The notes below the pieces were generated by a model. The model made no database searches. It worked only from the letters and a program-made list of their open reading frames with translations, and was not told the DNA's origin. A program made the position numbers and the translations under genes. From NCBI RefSeq assembly GCF_009914755.1, contig NC_060927.1: DNA of 64,000 bases. One strand, given 5' to 3'. Each line of letters starts with the position of its first letter. The stretch's first letter is position 1. Source of the DNA: the human T2T-CHM13v2.0 reference genome, Homo sapiens. Below are positions 44,069 to 61,521 of the stretch, piece by piece.

Positions 44069-45912
44069 GAAGGGGCTGGCTGTTTCTATCAGCGTCACTG
44101 ATAGGGCCTCTGAAATACGTTGTTGTACATGCCTCCCGAAGGGGCTGGCTGTATCTATCGGCGTCACTGATAGGGCCTCTGAAATACATTGTCGTACATG
44201 CCTCCTGAAGGGGCTGGCTGTTTCTATCGGCGTCCCTGATAGGGCCTCTGAAACACGTTGTCGTACCTGCCTCCCGAAGGGGCTGGCTGTTTCCATCGGC
44301 GTCACTGACAGGGCCCCTGAAATAATACGCTGTCGTACCTGCCTCCCGGAGGGGCTGGCTGTTTCCATCGGCGTCACTGATAGGGCCCCTGAAATAATAC
44401 GCTGTCGTACCTGCCTCCCGAAGGGGCTGGCTGTTTCCATCGGCGTCACTGATAGGGCCCCTGAAATAATACGCTGTCGTACCTGCCTCCTGAAGGGGCT
44501 GGCTGTTTCCATCGGCGTCACTGATAGGGCCCCTGAAATAATACGCTGTCGTACTGCCTCCCGAAGGGGCTGGCTGTTTCCATCGGCGTCACTGATAGGG
44601 CCCCTGAAATAGTATGCTGTCGTACCTGCCTCCAGAAGGGGCTGGCTGTTTCCATCGGCGTCACTGATAGGGTCCCTGAAATAATACGCTGTCGTACCTG
44701 CCTCCCGAAGGGGCTGGCTGTTTCCATCGGCGTCACTGATAGGGCCCCTGAAATAATACGCTGTTGTACCTGCTTCCCGAAGGGGCTGGCTGTTTCCATC
44801 GGCGTCACTGATAGGGCCCCTGAAATAATACGCTGTCGTACTGCCTCCCGAAGGGGCTGGCTGTTTCCATCGGCGTCACTGATAGGGCCCCTGAAATAGT
44901 ATGCTGTCGTACCTGCCTCCAGAAGGGGCTGGCTGTTTCCATCGGCGTCACTGATAGGGCCCCTGAAATGATACGCTGTCGTACCTGCCTCCCGAAGGGG
45001 CTGGCTGTTTCCGTCGGCATCACTGATAGGGCCCCTGAAATAATACGCTGTCGTACTGCCTCCCGAAGGGGCTGGCTGTTTCCATCGGCGTCACTGATAG
45101 GGCCCCTGAAATAGTATGCTGTCGTACCTGCCTCCAGAAGGGGCTGGCTGTTTCCATCGGCGTCACTGATAGGGCCCCTGAAATGATACGCTGTCGTACC
45201 TGCCTCCCGAAGGGGCTGGCTGTTTCCATCGGCGTCACTGATAGGGCCCCTGAAATAGTATGCTGTCGTACCTGCCTCCAGAAGGGGCTGGCTGTTTCCA
45301 TCGGCGTCACTGATAGGGCCCCTGAAATGATACGCTGTTGTACCTGCCTCCCGAAGGGGCTGGCTGTTTCCGTCGGCGTCACTGATGGGGCCTCTGAAAT
45401 ACGTTGTCGCACGTGCCTCCTGGAGGGGCTGGCTGTTTCCGTCGGCATCACTGATAGGGCCTCTGAAATAATACGCTGTCGTACCTGCCTCCCGAAGGGG
45501 CTGGCTGTTTCCGTCAGCGTCACTGATGGGGCCTCTGAAATACGTTGTCGCACATGCCTCCTGGAGGGGCTGGCTGTTTCCGTCGGCATCACTGATAGGG
45601 CCTCTGAAATAATACGCTGTCGTACCTGCCTCCCGAAGGGGCTGGCTGTTTCCGTCGGCATCACTGATAGGGCCTCTGAAATAATACGTTGTCGCACGTG
45701 CCTCCCGAAGGGGCTGGCTGTTTCTATTGGCGTCACCGATAGGGCCTCTGAAATACGTTGTCATACCTGCCTCCCGAAGGGGCTGGCTGTTTCCCTCAGC
45801 GTCACTGATAGGGCCTCTGAAATACGTTGTCGTACCTGCCTTCCGAAGGGGCTGGCTGTTTCTATCGGCGTCACTGATAGGGCCTCTGAAATACATTGTC
45901 GTACCTGCCTCC
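44069..45912. repeat. Minisatellite/VNTR, 26 units of 69-72 bp, in TMEM44 intron 1
   Basis: Unit GAAGGGGCTGGCTGTTTCCATCGGCGTCACTGATAGGGCCCCTGAAATAATACGCTGTCGTACCTGCCTCCC; unit starts counted by hand from 44069 to 45845. Confidence 0.97.
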
Positions 45913-47439
45913 TTGCTACATTTCTCTGGAGACACCGAGACAGGGTGGCAGCGCTGGCTTCATTTCCACTCAGCAGAGGGTGGTGCTCATTCCACATCCT
46001 TAGGACGATTTAGCTGATTCTGAGCGCCTGTCCTTGGGAATGGTGGATGAGTACAGAGGGCTCTTGGCTTTCTAAACATTTCCTGACCTGCTGGCCCAAG
46101 CCTGAAGCTCACAGTGGCAACATCAACTTCAGTCTGGGCCCTGGGCTCCTAAAACCAATTGAAGACCAAGGAGTGGAGATTCTTAAATTGGAGACTCCCA
46201 GAGGCGGACCCCAATTAGAAATAATTTATATCAACCCTCCCATTTGAGAGGACAAAACTGAGGCCTCTGGTGAGAAGGTGAGTTAATGGTGGTCTTCTGG
46301 CTTCACACGCGGGGGCTTTGCTCCGTACCCTGTTGTTCTCAGCCACTTCCCCAGCTCTTGGGGCCAGGGTGCCAGCTGACCTTAACCCAGCCCACACACC
46401 ACTCCGAAGACACATTCTTCTAAGAGAAAGGGGAGCAGGGGAGGTTCAGGGATGGCAAGGCCCTGAAAACAAATGGGTATGTCCAGATCCCAGGCAGGGT
46501 GAGAAGCAGAGGCTCACTCTTAACCCCTCCAAGGTTGGCAAAGTGCCTAACAGTGCTGGTCTGAGGACAACTGTGAGGAACAAAAGGATAATGCGTGTCC
46601 AGCGCCTTGTTAGTTTCCAGCCTCTGATCTGAACAGTTTAATCTCTCTTACCAGCCTGCCCCTTTCCAATAGGATCTGGGGTTTTGGTTCTTTCCTTTCA
46701 CTCAGACAAGTTATTTAACCTCTCAGAACCTCAGGGTTCCCTACAGAAAGTGGGGGTAACAGCACCTACCTCCTGGTGCTGATATTGTGAGTGGCAGGCA
46801 TTGAATGAGTTAATGAATGCAACACTGGGCCTACAGTAAATGTTCTAGGCGTCTTTTTATTTGTATTGCAGTACTGGGTAGTGGGGCTGCAGAATCTCTG
46901 CAATACGACCAAACGCCTTAGGAGAATATCCACTGAGTGCCTACAGGGAGACAGTTCTAACCTCTCCCAGGGGTGCTGGTCCTTTCTCCCCTGCCAGGGA
47001 ATGCTTGGGCGGCACCATCCTGAGCACTGCTAGTGGATTTCCATGCCTAGGACAGAGCGGCTGAGGACCTGGAGATTCACTCTTAGAACTTAGGCTACCG
47101 TGGGCATCTGGACAAACCAGTCCAGGTGCTGGACAGACCAGGGCAAAGACAGGCCAGCTGGATCATATCACTACCTCCCTTCCCACCTAAGAGGACTTTG
47201 GGTAAACTGAGGCCAGAAACATCAAGGGACTTGCCAAGGTCCTAAGAGTTGGTGGCCTAGCTGGAGCAATACAAATGATGTTTAATGAGCATTTACTAAG
47301 TGCTTTAACGGTACTGATTCATCGAATCCTCCCATCATCCTATGAGGTATTATCTCCGGTCATAGGAGGCCCAGAGAGGTTCTGGAGCTTGCCCAGGTCA
47401 CACTGCGAGTCAATGGCGAAGGGCTGACAATAGCACCCA

Positions 47440-48620
47440 GGGCTCGCGGTGTCCTCGGGGCCCCATCCGCTGCACCACCCAGCCTCCTCCCTTTGGCTCA
47501 CAGCCCAGCTTCCCTGTGCGTGGGATCCGGAAAGAAGATCCCACTTCAGTCTACAGAGCAATGTTCCATTGGATCCTATTACTGAGCCATCTCCTTCATC
47601 CCCCTTTCCGCCCCCTCCTCTAGGTTTCCGAGAGGGAGCAGCAGGGGATTGGCGCCCGTTTCCCCGCCCGACAGCCGCCCGACAGCCCCCCGACCCGTGG
47701 CCCCATTACAGCGCGTGGGCGGCGATCCAGCAGGAGGAGGCGCAGATCCACAGGCCGAAGGAGATGCAGACGCGGTGGCGGGCGAAGCAGCGGTCCAGGT
47801 AGTCCCAGTCCCAGAGCGCGGGCGCGGGGCTGGGCGCCTCCCCCATGGCGCGGCTGGGCGCGCGGCGCGGGGCCGGGGACCTGGGCGCAGCCTCCCTCGC
47901 CGCGGGCAAGCCCCGAGCGCCGCCGCCCCGCGTCCCCTTCTCTGGGTTCCGTTCCGCCGCGGCGCCTCCGGCCGAGCGCACCGACCGCGGGCAGAGAAGG
48001 GCGCGCTCCCGGGCGCGGGCGGCGGCGGCGAAGGCGCCGGGGAAAAGTTTCCGGGACCGCGCGCTCCCCACCCCTCGCGCTATTGTCGGGGGTCGGCAGG
48101 GCGGAGGCCGCCCCCCAGCGGCGGGAGCCGGGAGCTGCGCGCGCACAAAGACTGCGGCCCCCGCCCCCCGCCGACCTCTTCGCGGTCACCCACCTCCAAC
48201 ATCCTGGCCGGAGCGGGGCGGGCGGCTGGGCTCGCGGACGGCCGAGTCCCTGCCGGTCGCTGTAAGGCACGGCGTCCCTTCCTGCGTATTGTCCACATTT
48301 CCTGAGCCAACAGCAATTAGTTGCGCTGCTGAAGCGCATGGGTGCTGGGATCCCGAGGTGAAGGGGGCGTGGTCCTGATCGCCGACAGGGCGCAGTAAAA
48401 AGGGTGGGGTTCAAGGCCAGGAAGGAGGAAACAAACGTGCCGGAGAACAAATACCCCCACATCTGCCTCTCACTCTCCTTTCTGAAGCTGCCAACGGCAC
48501 CCTCCGCCCCCAGGCAGTCGCCCAAGCCCTGCTCCTGGATGTCATCCTAGCCCACGGCCCCGCAGCCAAGAGCTGGTTATCTCTGCAACCGGCCGCCTCC
48601 TGTCCAGCCACACACCGCAC
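47440..48620. promoter_or_regulatory. TMEM44: CpG island / TMEM44 promoter and 5' UTR
   Basis: Very high GC and CpG density around exon 1; GC box GGGGCGGG near 48215; no TATA box seen. Confidence 0.9.
47710..47846 (-). CDS. TMEM44: TMEM44 coding exon 1 (MGEAPSPAPALWDWDYLDRCFARHRVCISFGLWICASSCWIAAHAL)
   Basis: Strong Kozak context GCCGCGCCATGG inside the CpG island; donor CT|GTAATG; 137 nt; N-terminus recognised as TMEM44. Confidence 0.96.
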
Positions 48621-48808
48621 AGTTCAAGTACACAGGGCTGTTTTTCTTGAGAGTAAACTATTATTGTAATTTTTAAATCTCCTTATTGATTTTAGTAGGT
48701 TTGTTTAAAGCAAGACATGACTTGAAAACAATATTTCTATAGAAGGAGCAGGATTGAAAAAAAGAAAAAAAATCTTTTTTAATTTTCAAAAACTACAGCT
48801 TTATTTAG

Positions 48809-50170
<1,362 letters not shown>

Positions 50171-50378
50171 TGGTTCACTGTGTTTTCAAAGTTATGATTT
50201 GGCTTGGTAAGGTGGCTCATGCCTGTAATCCCAGCACTCTGGGAGGCCAAGGTGGGAGGATCAGTGGAGCCCAGGAGTTGGAGACCAGCCTAGACAACAT
50301 AGGGAGACCCCGGTCTCTCAAAACAAAACAAAGTTATAACCTCTCAGGAGAAATGAAATCTAATCACTAATTTGATGG

Positions 50379-50911
<533 letters not shown>

Positions 50912-51076
50912 TTAGGTGGCGCCTTTAGGAACCAGAAAGCAGGCCCTTCAACTAAATCTGCAGGCACCTTGATCTCGGACTTCCTAGCTTCCACAACTGT
51001 GAAAAACAAATCTGTGTTATTTACACGCCACTCAGTCCAAAGCATTTTGTTATAGTAGCTCAAATAGACTAAGACA
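50912..51076 (+). mobile_element. MLT1A-like LTR 3' part
   Basis: GCACCTTGATCTCGGACTTCC ... GACTAAGACA end motif. Confidence 0.7.
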
Positions 51077-51182
51077 GGCATTGCGTTAGGAGCTGGGAAC
51101 ACACTATTGAGTAAAACAGACATGGGTCCTACTTACTTGGAGCTTACAGTCCAGTAGGAGAGACAGAAATTAAGCAAGCAAC

Positions 51183-54526
<3,344 letters not shown>

Positions 54527-55392
54527 GATATGCTGATTTTTAAACAAGCCATAAAAATACAACATGTACTACAGCAGGGGCATCTTTAAAGTACATTGAC
54601 GACACCCCGCATTGTGGGCGGGGGTGTGTGGGGGAAGGTTTCCAAGAAATAATGCATAAGCTGGGCCTTGGAGAATGTTTGCTTTTGGCAACAAGGCCAT
54701 GGCAGCAGCTCTGCAGAGGCCCTTGGAGGCGGCAAGAGATGGTATAGGGAGAAAGGCAAATAGCAGAGGGAGGGCAGCACCTGCAGGAGGGGAGGCGAGA
54801 CGGTCAGCGTTCGGTAGCGAGGGAGTCGGGACTTCATCCTGCCGTGAACACTTTGGACGGTATCTTCTAACTAGCTCCCTCTGGGTCATTAGAACCCTGC
54901 CCAGGTTCTCCCTGTACTTTCCACAGGGCTCTGCACGTGGTCGGCCCTCAGGAAATGAATCAGTTCCTTAACCAGGCTCCTCAGAGGTCCAGCAGCTGCC
55001 CAGGAGCTAAAGATAATGTTTTTGGCCATGGTTCAGAGTTAGCCAAAAAGAAAAACTAACAAGAGGACCGCAGCACTTGTCCTCCTGGACAGTGGGCAGT
55101 GATGTGACTGCTCAAAGGCATTTCCTGTTGGCAGAGGTGGCAGGACCTCAGGCACCGTCCTTCTGAAGGAAAGGCTGCAGCGGCCTGGGCGGCCCTACGG
55201 GAGTGGGCAGCCAATGGTGACCATAAATCCCAGCCGCCTGGCGGAGACAGGCCAGCAGCTCAACAGCTTTCTCTTCTGGGAGGGCACGTTGCTTGAATCC
55301 GGGAGAGGGAGGTTCCAGTGAGCCGAGATCATGCCACTGCACTCCAGCCGGGGCGACAGAGTGAGACTCCGTCTCAAAAAAAAAAAAAAAAA

Positions 55393-55761
55393 GAAAACCA
55401 GAAATACCAGAGACAGTAATTTATAAAGAAAAGAGGTTTAATTGGCTCACGGTCCTGTAGATGGTACAGGAAGCACAGCAGCTTTTGCTTCTAGGGAGGC
55501 CTCAGGAAACTTACAATCATGTTAGAAGGCGAAGGAGAAGCAGGCACATCTTATATGGCCAGAGCAGGAGGGAGATAGAGGGGAGGCACCACACACTTTG
55601 AAGCAACCAGATGGGATGAGGACTCAATATCAGGAGAACAGCACTGAGCGGGTGGTGCTAAACCGTTCGTGAGGACTCTGCCCCATAATCCCATCGCCTC
55701 CCACCAGGGGGCTTACATTTCAACATGAGACTCGGTGAGGACACAGATCCAAACCACATCA
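55393..55761 (-). mobile_element. MST/THE1-family MaLR LTR, abutting a 5'-truncated Alu (55288-55392, +)
   Basis: AAAGAAAAGAGGTTTAATTGGCTCAC ... AAACCACATCA. Confidence 0.82.
55437..55442 (-). terminator. LSG1: Candidate LSG1 poly(A) signal ATTAAA inside an MST LTR
   Basis: TTTAAT on the plus strand at the position of the MaLR LTR's own poly(A) signal, in sense to LSG1. Confidence 0.6.
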
Positions 55762-55794
55762 ATAGTGCTTTCATGCTTTTGATTATCTTTTGTA

Positions 55795-56035
55795 ACTATG
55801 TTATTGAACTATAATTTACATACCATACAATTCACCAACGTAAAGTGTGTAATTCAATGGTCTTAAGCATATTCAGAGTTGTGTGACCATCGCTACAGTC
55901 AATTTTAGGACATTTTTATCACTGCAAAAGAAAGACCTCAATCTTCCCATTCCTCCCATCCCGAAGCAACCACTAATCTACTTCCTCTATATGGAGATTT
56001 GCTTATTCTGGACATTTTAAATAAGTGGAATAACC
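55795..56035 (-). mobile_element. L1M 3' end fragment
   Basis: ATAATTTACATACCATACAATTCACC motif. Confidence 0.7.
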
Positions 56036-56249
56036 AGTGAAGATGGGGGCTAGGTAGTAAATACCGCAGCTTCCCTGTCACCCGGTGGTTACATTCTACA
56101 TGTTCCTTAGTGGACGTGAGCCCCCGCTGTACACTAACTGAACCCAAGTCCCTTGTTTAGAGTCGGAGGAACCCAACTAGGACACTCAGAATGGGGAATT
56201 TCTCTTTCACCTTCGTCCCAAATGTGTCTCGTGAACCATCCCTTGCAAA

Positions 56250-56474
<225 letters not shown>

Positions 56475-56696
56475 AGGAGTAGGATTCTCGGGCTCCCAGA
56501 TGACTCCTTTTTGTCAGAGTTGGTGTTTCCAGGAGGCCCTTGGTCTTGACATGGAGACTGTTGGGTGCAGCCGTGCTCTGCAAGAGCAGGGCCCGTTCTA
56601 CAGTGCTAGTGTCTTGGGACGGTTCCACAGGCAACAGGCAGCTTCTGCTCTTTTCCATCTGCACAATGCAGATGACATTTCTGTTGCAGCCCAACC

Positions 56697-56876
56697 TCAC
56701 ATATCCAGGTGCTTGTAGAGTCTACGACTTTTTTCTTTTTTATTTCTGTTGCCATGTTTTTTCCAGGGCTTCCCCGCCCCGTTCTCAGAGCTCGCAGTGG
56801 ATGCAGTCACTACACCACTCCCGGGCTTGTAACCCATCACAGCCTGGACTCCTTTGGTCAAAGCCCTCACATTCTC
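56697..56876 (-). CDS. LSG1: LSG1 last coding exon (ENVRALTKG...KPWKKHGNRNKKEKSRRLYKHLDM*)
   Basis: Acceptor TTTCCTAG|GAG; TGA at 56697-56699; basic C-terminal tail. Confidence 0.95.
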   Translation of the reverse strand, partial: ENVRALTKGVQAVMGYKPGSGVVTASTASSENGAGKPWKKHGNRNKKEKSRRLYKHLDM

Positions 56877-57924
56877 CTAGGAAATAAGAGAAAACATTAT
56901 CTGAGCTGTCAGCAGGCTATCCTTTAAGGGATATGCACAGTACTATTAGTGGATCACTTCAAGATAAAAAGGAGTCAGTCACTGGGTGAACTTCCGCCCC
57001 CCTCCCCTTCACTGGTCCTCTTTCTCCCCCCAGCATTCTGTCTTCAGTTCATCTCTTCCCCCTCCTCATTCCCAGGTCAACTTTGTTTAGTCCCATACTT
57101 TCAAATGCCATCTACAACTAGACTTAATACCAGCTGTGTCCTGGAAATTTGTCTTAATATCAAAACTTAACCTGTTTCAACCACATTAGAAATGGACTCT
57201 AAACAAATTTTAAGTTTACTTAGTAAAAAAAAAAATTAGTACCCTACGATTTGCAAGTTACTTATAATAGTAAAATATTACTCTAGAGGTTACAGTTTAG
57301 ACATATGAATTATATTAAAATTATGACAAGTTTTCAGCTTTCTTGTACATAGCTTTTAGAAACCTGTAAACATTTAAAATTTCACATGAAATGTTCTGTA
57401 TGACAGCTGTAGGCCCAAGAATAAACTTGCAATCTTTTTGCATGTTGGTAAATTTTCTTCCAAATACTGGTATGTACCAACTTGAAAATAATTCAAACTA
57501 GGAGCTACAAACATCTAAGTTTTATCCCAGCTTTGCAATTTAAAGCATGCCCTTGGGTAACTCAGTCTCTTTGAGCCTCAGTGTCCTCAAGGAATAATAC
57601 TTGCTTGGCCTGCTTCACAGGCTCATTGTGTAAGGCATGCAGATAAAGCACGGGATAAATACAAAAACATTCTCTGGATATAGCTGATCACCCCATCCTA
57701 ACCCCTGTCCTATTTTCGCTATAGTAGTCACTTAAAAACATTTTTAACCTACACTGGGTACAATTATGTGATTTAGCTCTTTTGCATGTACATTTGACCT
57801 TTAAAATACTGCCTACAAATTGTAGCTGTGATATAAGCAACTGAAGTTATCAATATTTTAAAGTGCAGAAGACATTTATGAAGTCTGTTTCTTTAGCACT
57901 TTCTATCACCAAATGTGTTGGCTC

Positions 57925-59160
<1,236 letters not shown>

Positions 59161-59198
59161 TGTTGGATCAGAAGTTTAAGAAAAGCTTTAAAACTTAC

Positions 59199-59372
59199 TT
59201 GATGGAAAAAAGTTTTGTCAACGATATTTTCAATCTGCTTTGCTTTTTTATTTCTGCCTAGCTGCATTTTTATTTCATCACTGTTCATTTTGTTCTCTAG
59301 GAGTCGCTGGTGTTGATGCTGAAAAGTTACAGGATCTCTTCCAGGAGGAGGATGGCAGTACAGCAGCTTACC
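59199..59372 (-). CDS. LSG1: LSG1 penultimate exon (GKLLYCHPPPGRDPVTFQ...VDKTFFHQ)
   Basis: Acceptor TCTTTGTAG|GGT, donor CAA|GTAAGT; 174 nt; GKLLYCHPPP motif. Confidence 0.95.
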
Positions 59373-60119
59373 CTACAAAGACAACATGAATGACAACAGT
59401 GCAGCCTAAGTGCCATCTGTGGCCTCAGAGGAGACAGCTCCACCCAGTCACACTCTGATGGAGCTTTCTGCCTTCTGGTTAAGTTAGCTGAGTTGAGTTT
59501 TGGTCTACTGCAGCTGAAGAGTCCTTTTTCTAATACATCAATGGTCAAAGTGTTCTAGAGACCTAGCTCTTCCCATGGCGCCCCAGACTAGGATGAAATC
59601 TCTTTCTTCTTTTCTCGTTTGCATTCCCACTCAAGTATTCTTCAGTATACGGACATGATCATACTTATGGTGAATATTTTCCAAAACAAAACTCAAGACA
59701 TAACTGGACAGTTACGGTAATGCCGGGTTAGACTGTTAAAGTCAGGAGAGTTCCTCGACTCCTGTATGTGGGGTTGCAGTTGCTCACTGGGTGCAAGTCT
59801 GCCTCTTTCCATCATAAATGATCTGAAGGCTGTGACTATTTTTACCTCATCTTTACATCCTCCACAGTAAGTGGTAAACGAATACATGACTTATCCATAC
59901 CAACAGCATGAACTGCTTTCTTCCTGAACTGAAGGCAAGCCCATATGGTTGCCACTGAGCTCCAAGAGCTCCACCGATGTGGTCTTGAGAAGAGGAGGAA
60001 ATAAAGCCAAATCCTCACAACTGGTTATTAACAGGGCCCTGTAATGCTTATTTGTGGAAAGAAACTTAACAGATAACAATTACTGGGGGCTCATTATGTG
60101 CCAGGCATTGAGCTTAGTG

Positions 60120-60121
<2 letters not shown>

Positions 60122-60161
<40 letters not shown>

Positions 60162-60174
60162 ACACACACACACA

Positions 60175-60220
<46 letters not shown>
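60122..60220. repeat. Long (CA)n microsatellite with two GA interruptions
   Basis: About 99 bp of alternating AC in an LSG1 intron, embedded in a MIR-like remnant. Confidence 0.97.
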
Positions 60221-60224
<4 letters not shown>

Positions 60225-60761
60225 TTTCATTTATTTCCCATAATAATCTCATGAGATAGGCCCTGTTCATCTCCATTTTACTATGGGGAAACCCCCAAAT
60301 AGCATGTTCTCATTTGAAAAGGAGAAATAGTAATCTCACAGACTTGTTACATATTTGTACTGAGAAGACGCACGTAAAACAGAACTATTTCTAGCAGGGT
60401 TAGCTTTCAAGAAATGTTAGCTGTTATCGTTACTAGGCAAATATAGAGATAGGCATATAAACAGCTATACTACAAAGAAGACTGTGACAATAGTTGCAAT
60501 CATAACAAGCAAAGGGCTGTAGGAGACAAAAAAAGCCAGATGCATATATTGGTGATTTTCACTCATAATAGGTGTTCAGAGATCTCCATCTTTTGTAATG
60601 TCTATAATCCATATAATGTTAACTACCCTACATCAAGAACACAACTCCAGTTTCAATGAAAAAATATTTCCTTTATAATCGAACAGGTTACCATTATCTA
60701 AGAACGCAGAATGTGGAAAAGACTTGTGTATTGGAGAGCATGAGAGGCAGGGTTCACTTAC

Positions 60762-60841
60762 ACTGACATAGTCCTTCAGGATGTAGCGCGCAGATCGAGG
60801 CTGGTCTGGCTGTCCATGCGCTGTCATGAATCCTCGCATGT
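60762..60841 (-). CDS. LSG1: LSG1 exon (YMRGFMTAHGQPDQPRSARYILKDYVS)
   Basis: Acceptor TCTCCACAG|AC, donor AGT|GTAAGT; 80 nt; conserved RGF...PD..R.ARYILKDY motif. Confidence 0.95.
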
Positions 60842-61053
60842 CTGTGGAGAGAAAAGAATTTTGCAAAATCTTAGATGACAGAATATCACAACAAAGACAA
60901 CTGAGGTGATGTAGCTTCTATTACTAAGCATTCTTACTCTTGGATTTTAAAAAATTAGGTATCATTGTAGAATATATATTGTTTAGCATTAAAAACACTA
61001 GATAATCCAGGAGAATATTTACTTATATCTGATATCCTAAAAATGCCACCTAG

Positions 61054-61521
<468 letters not shown>

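Noticed and set aside
44069-45912. Regular repeat array as a CRISPR-like locus
   Set aside because: Units are head-to-tail with no unique spacers, there are no cas genes, and the context is a human intron; it is a minisatellite
43949-46013. Long ORFs across the VNTR (up to 376 aa) as a repeat-protein gene
   Set aside because: The open frames follow from 69/72-bp units lacking stops in some frames. They occur on both strands, change frame at the 71-bp units and have no promoter or poly(A) support
47620-48525. Overlapping 146-301 aa ORFs on both strands at the promoter, including a 100-codon in-frame extension upstream of the TMEM44 ATG
   Set aside because: Expected from stop-codon depletion in a CpG island; the ATG at 47846 has a strong Kozak context
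56733-56745. Minus-strand AATAAA near the LSG1 end
   Set aside because: It lies inside the coding sequence (codons for NK), upstream of the stop
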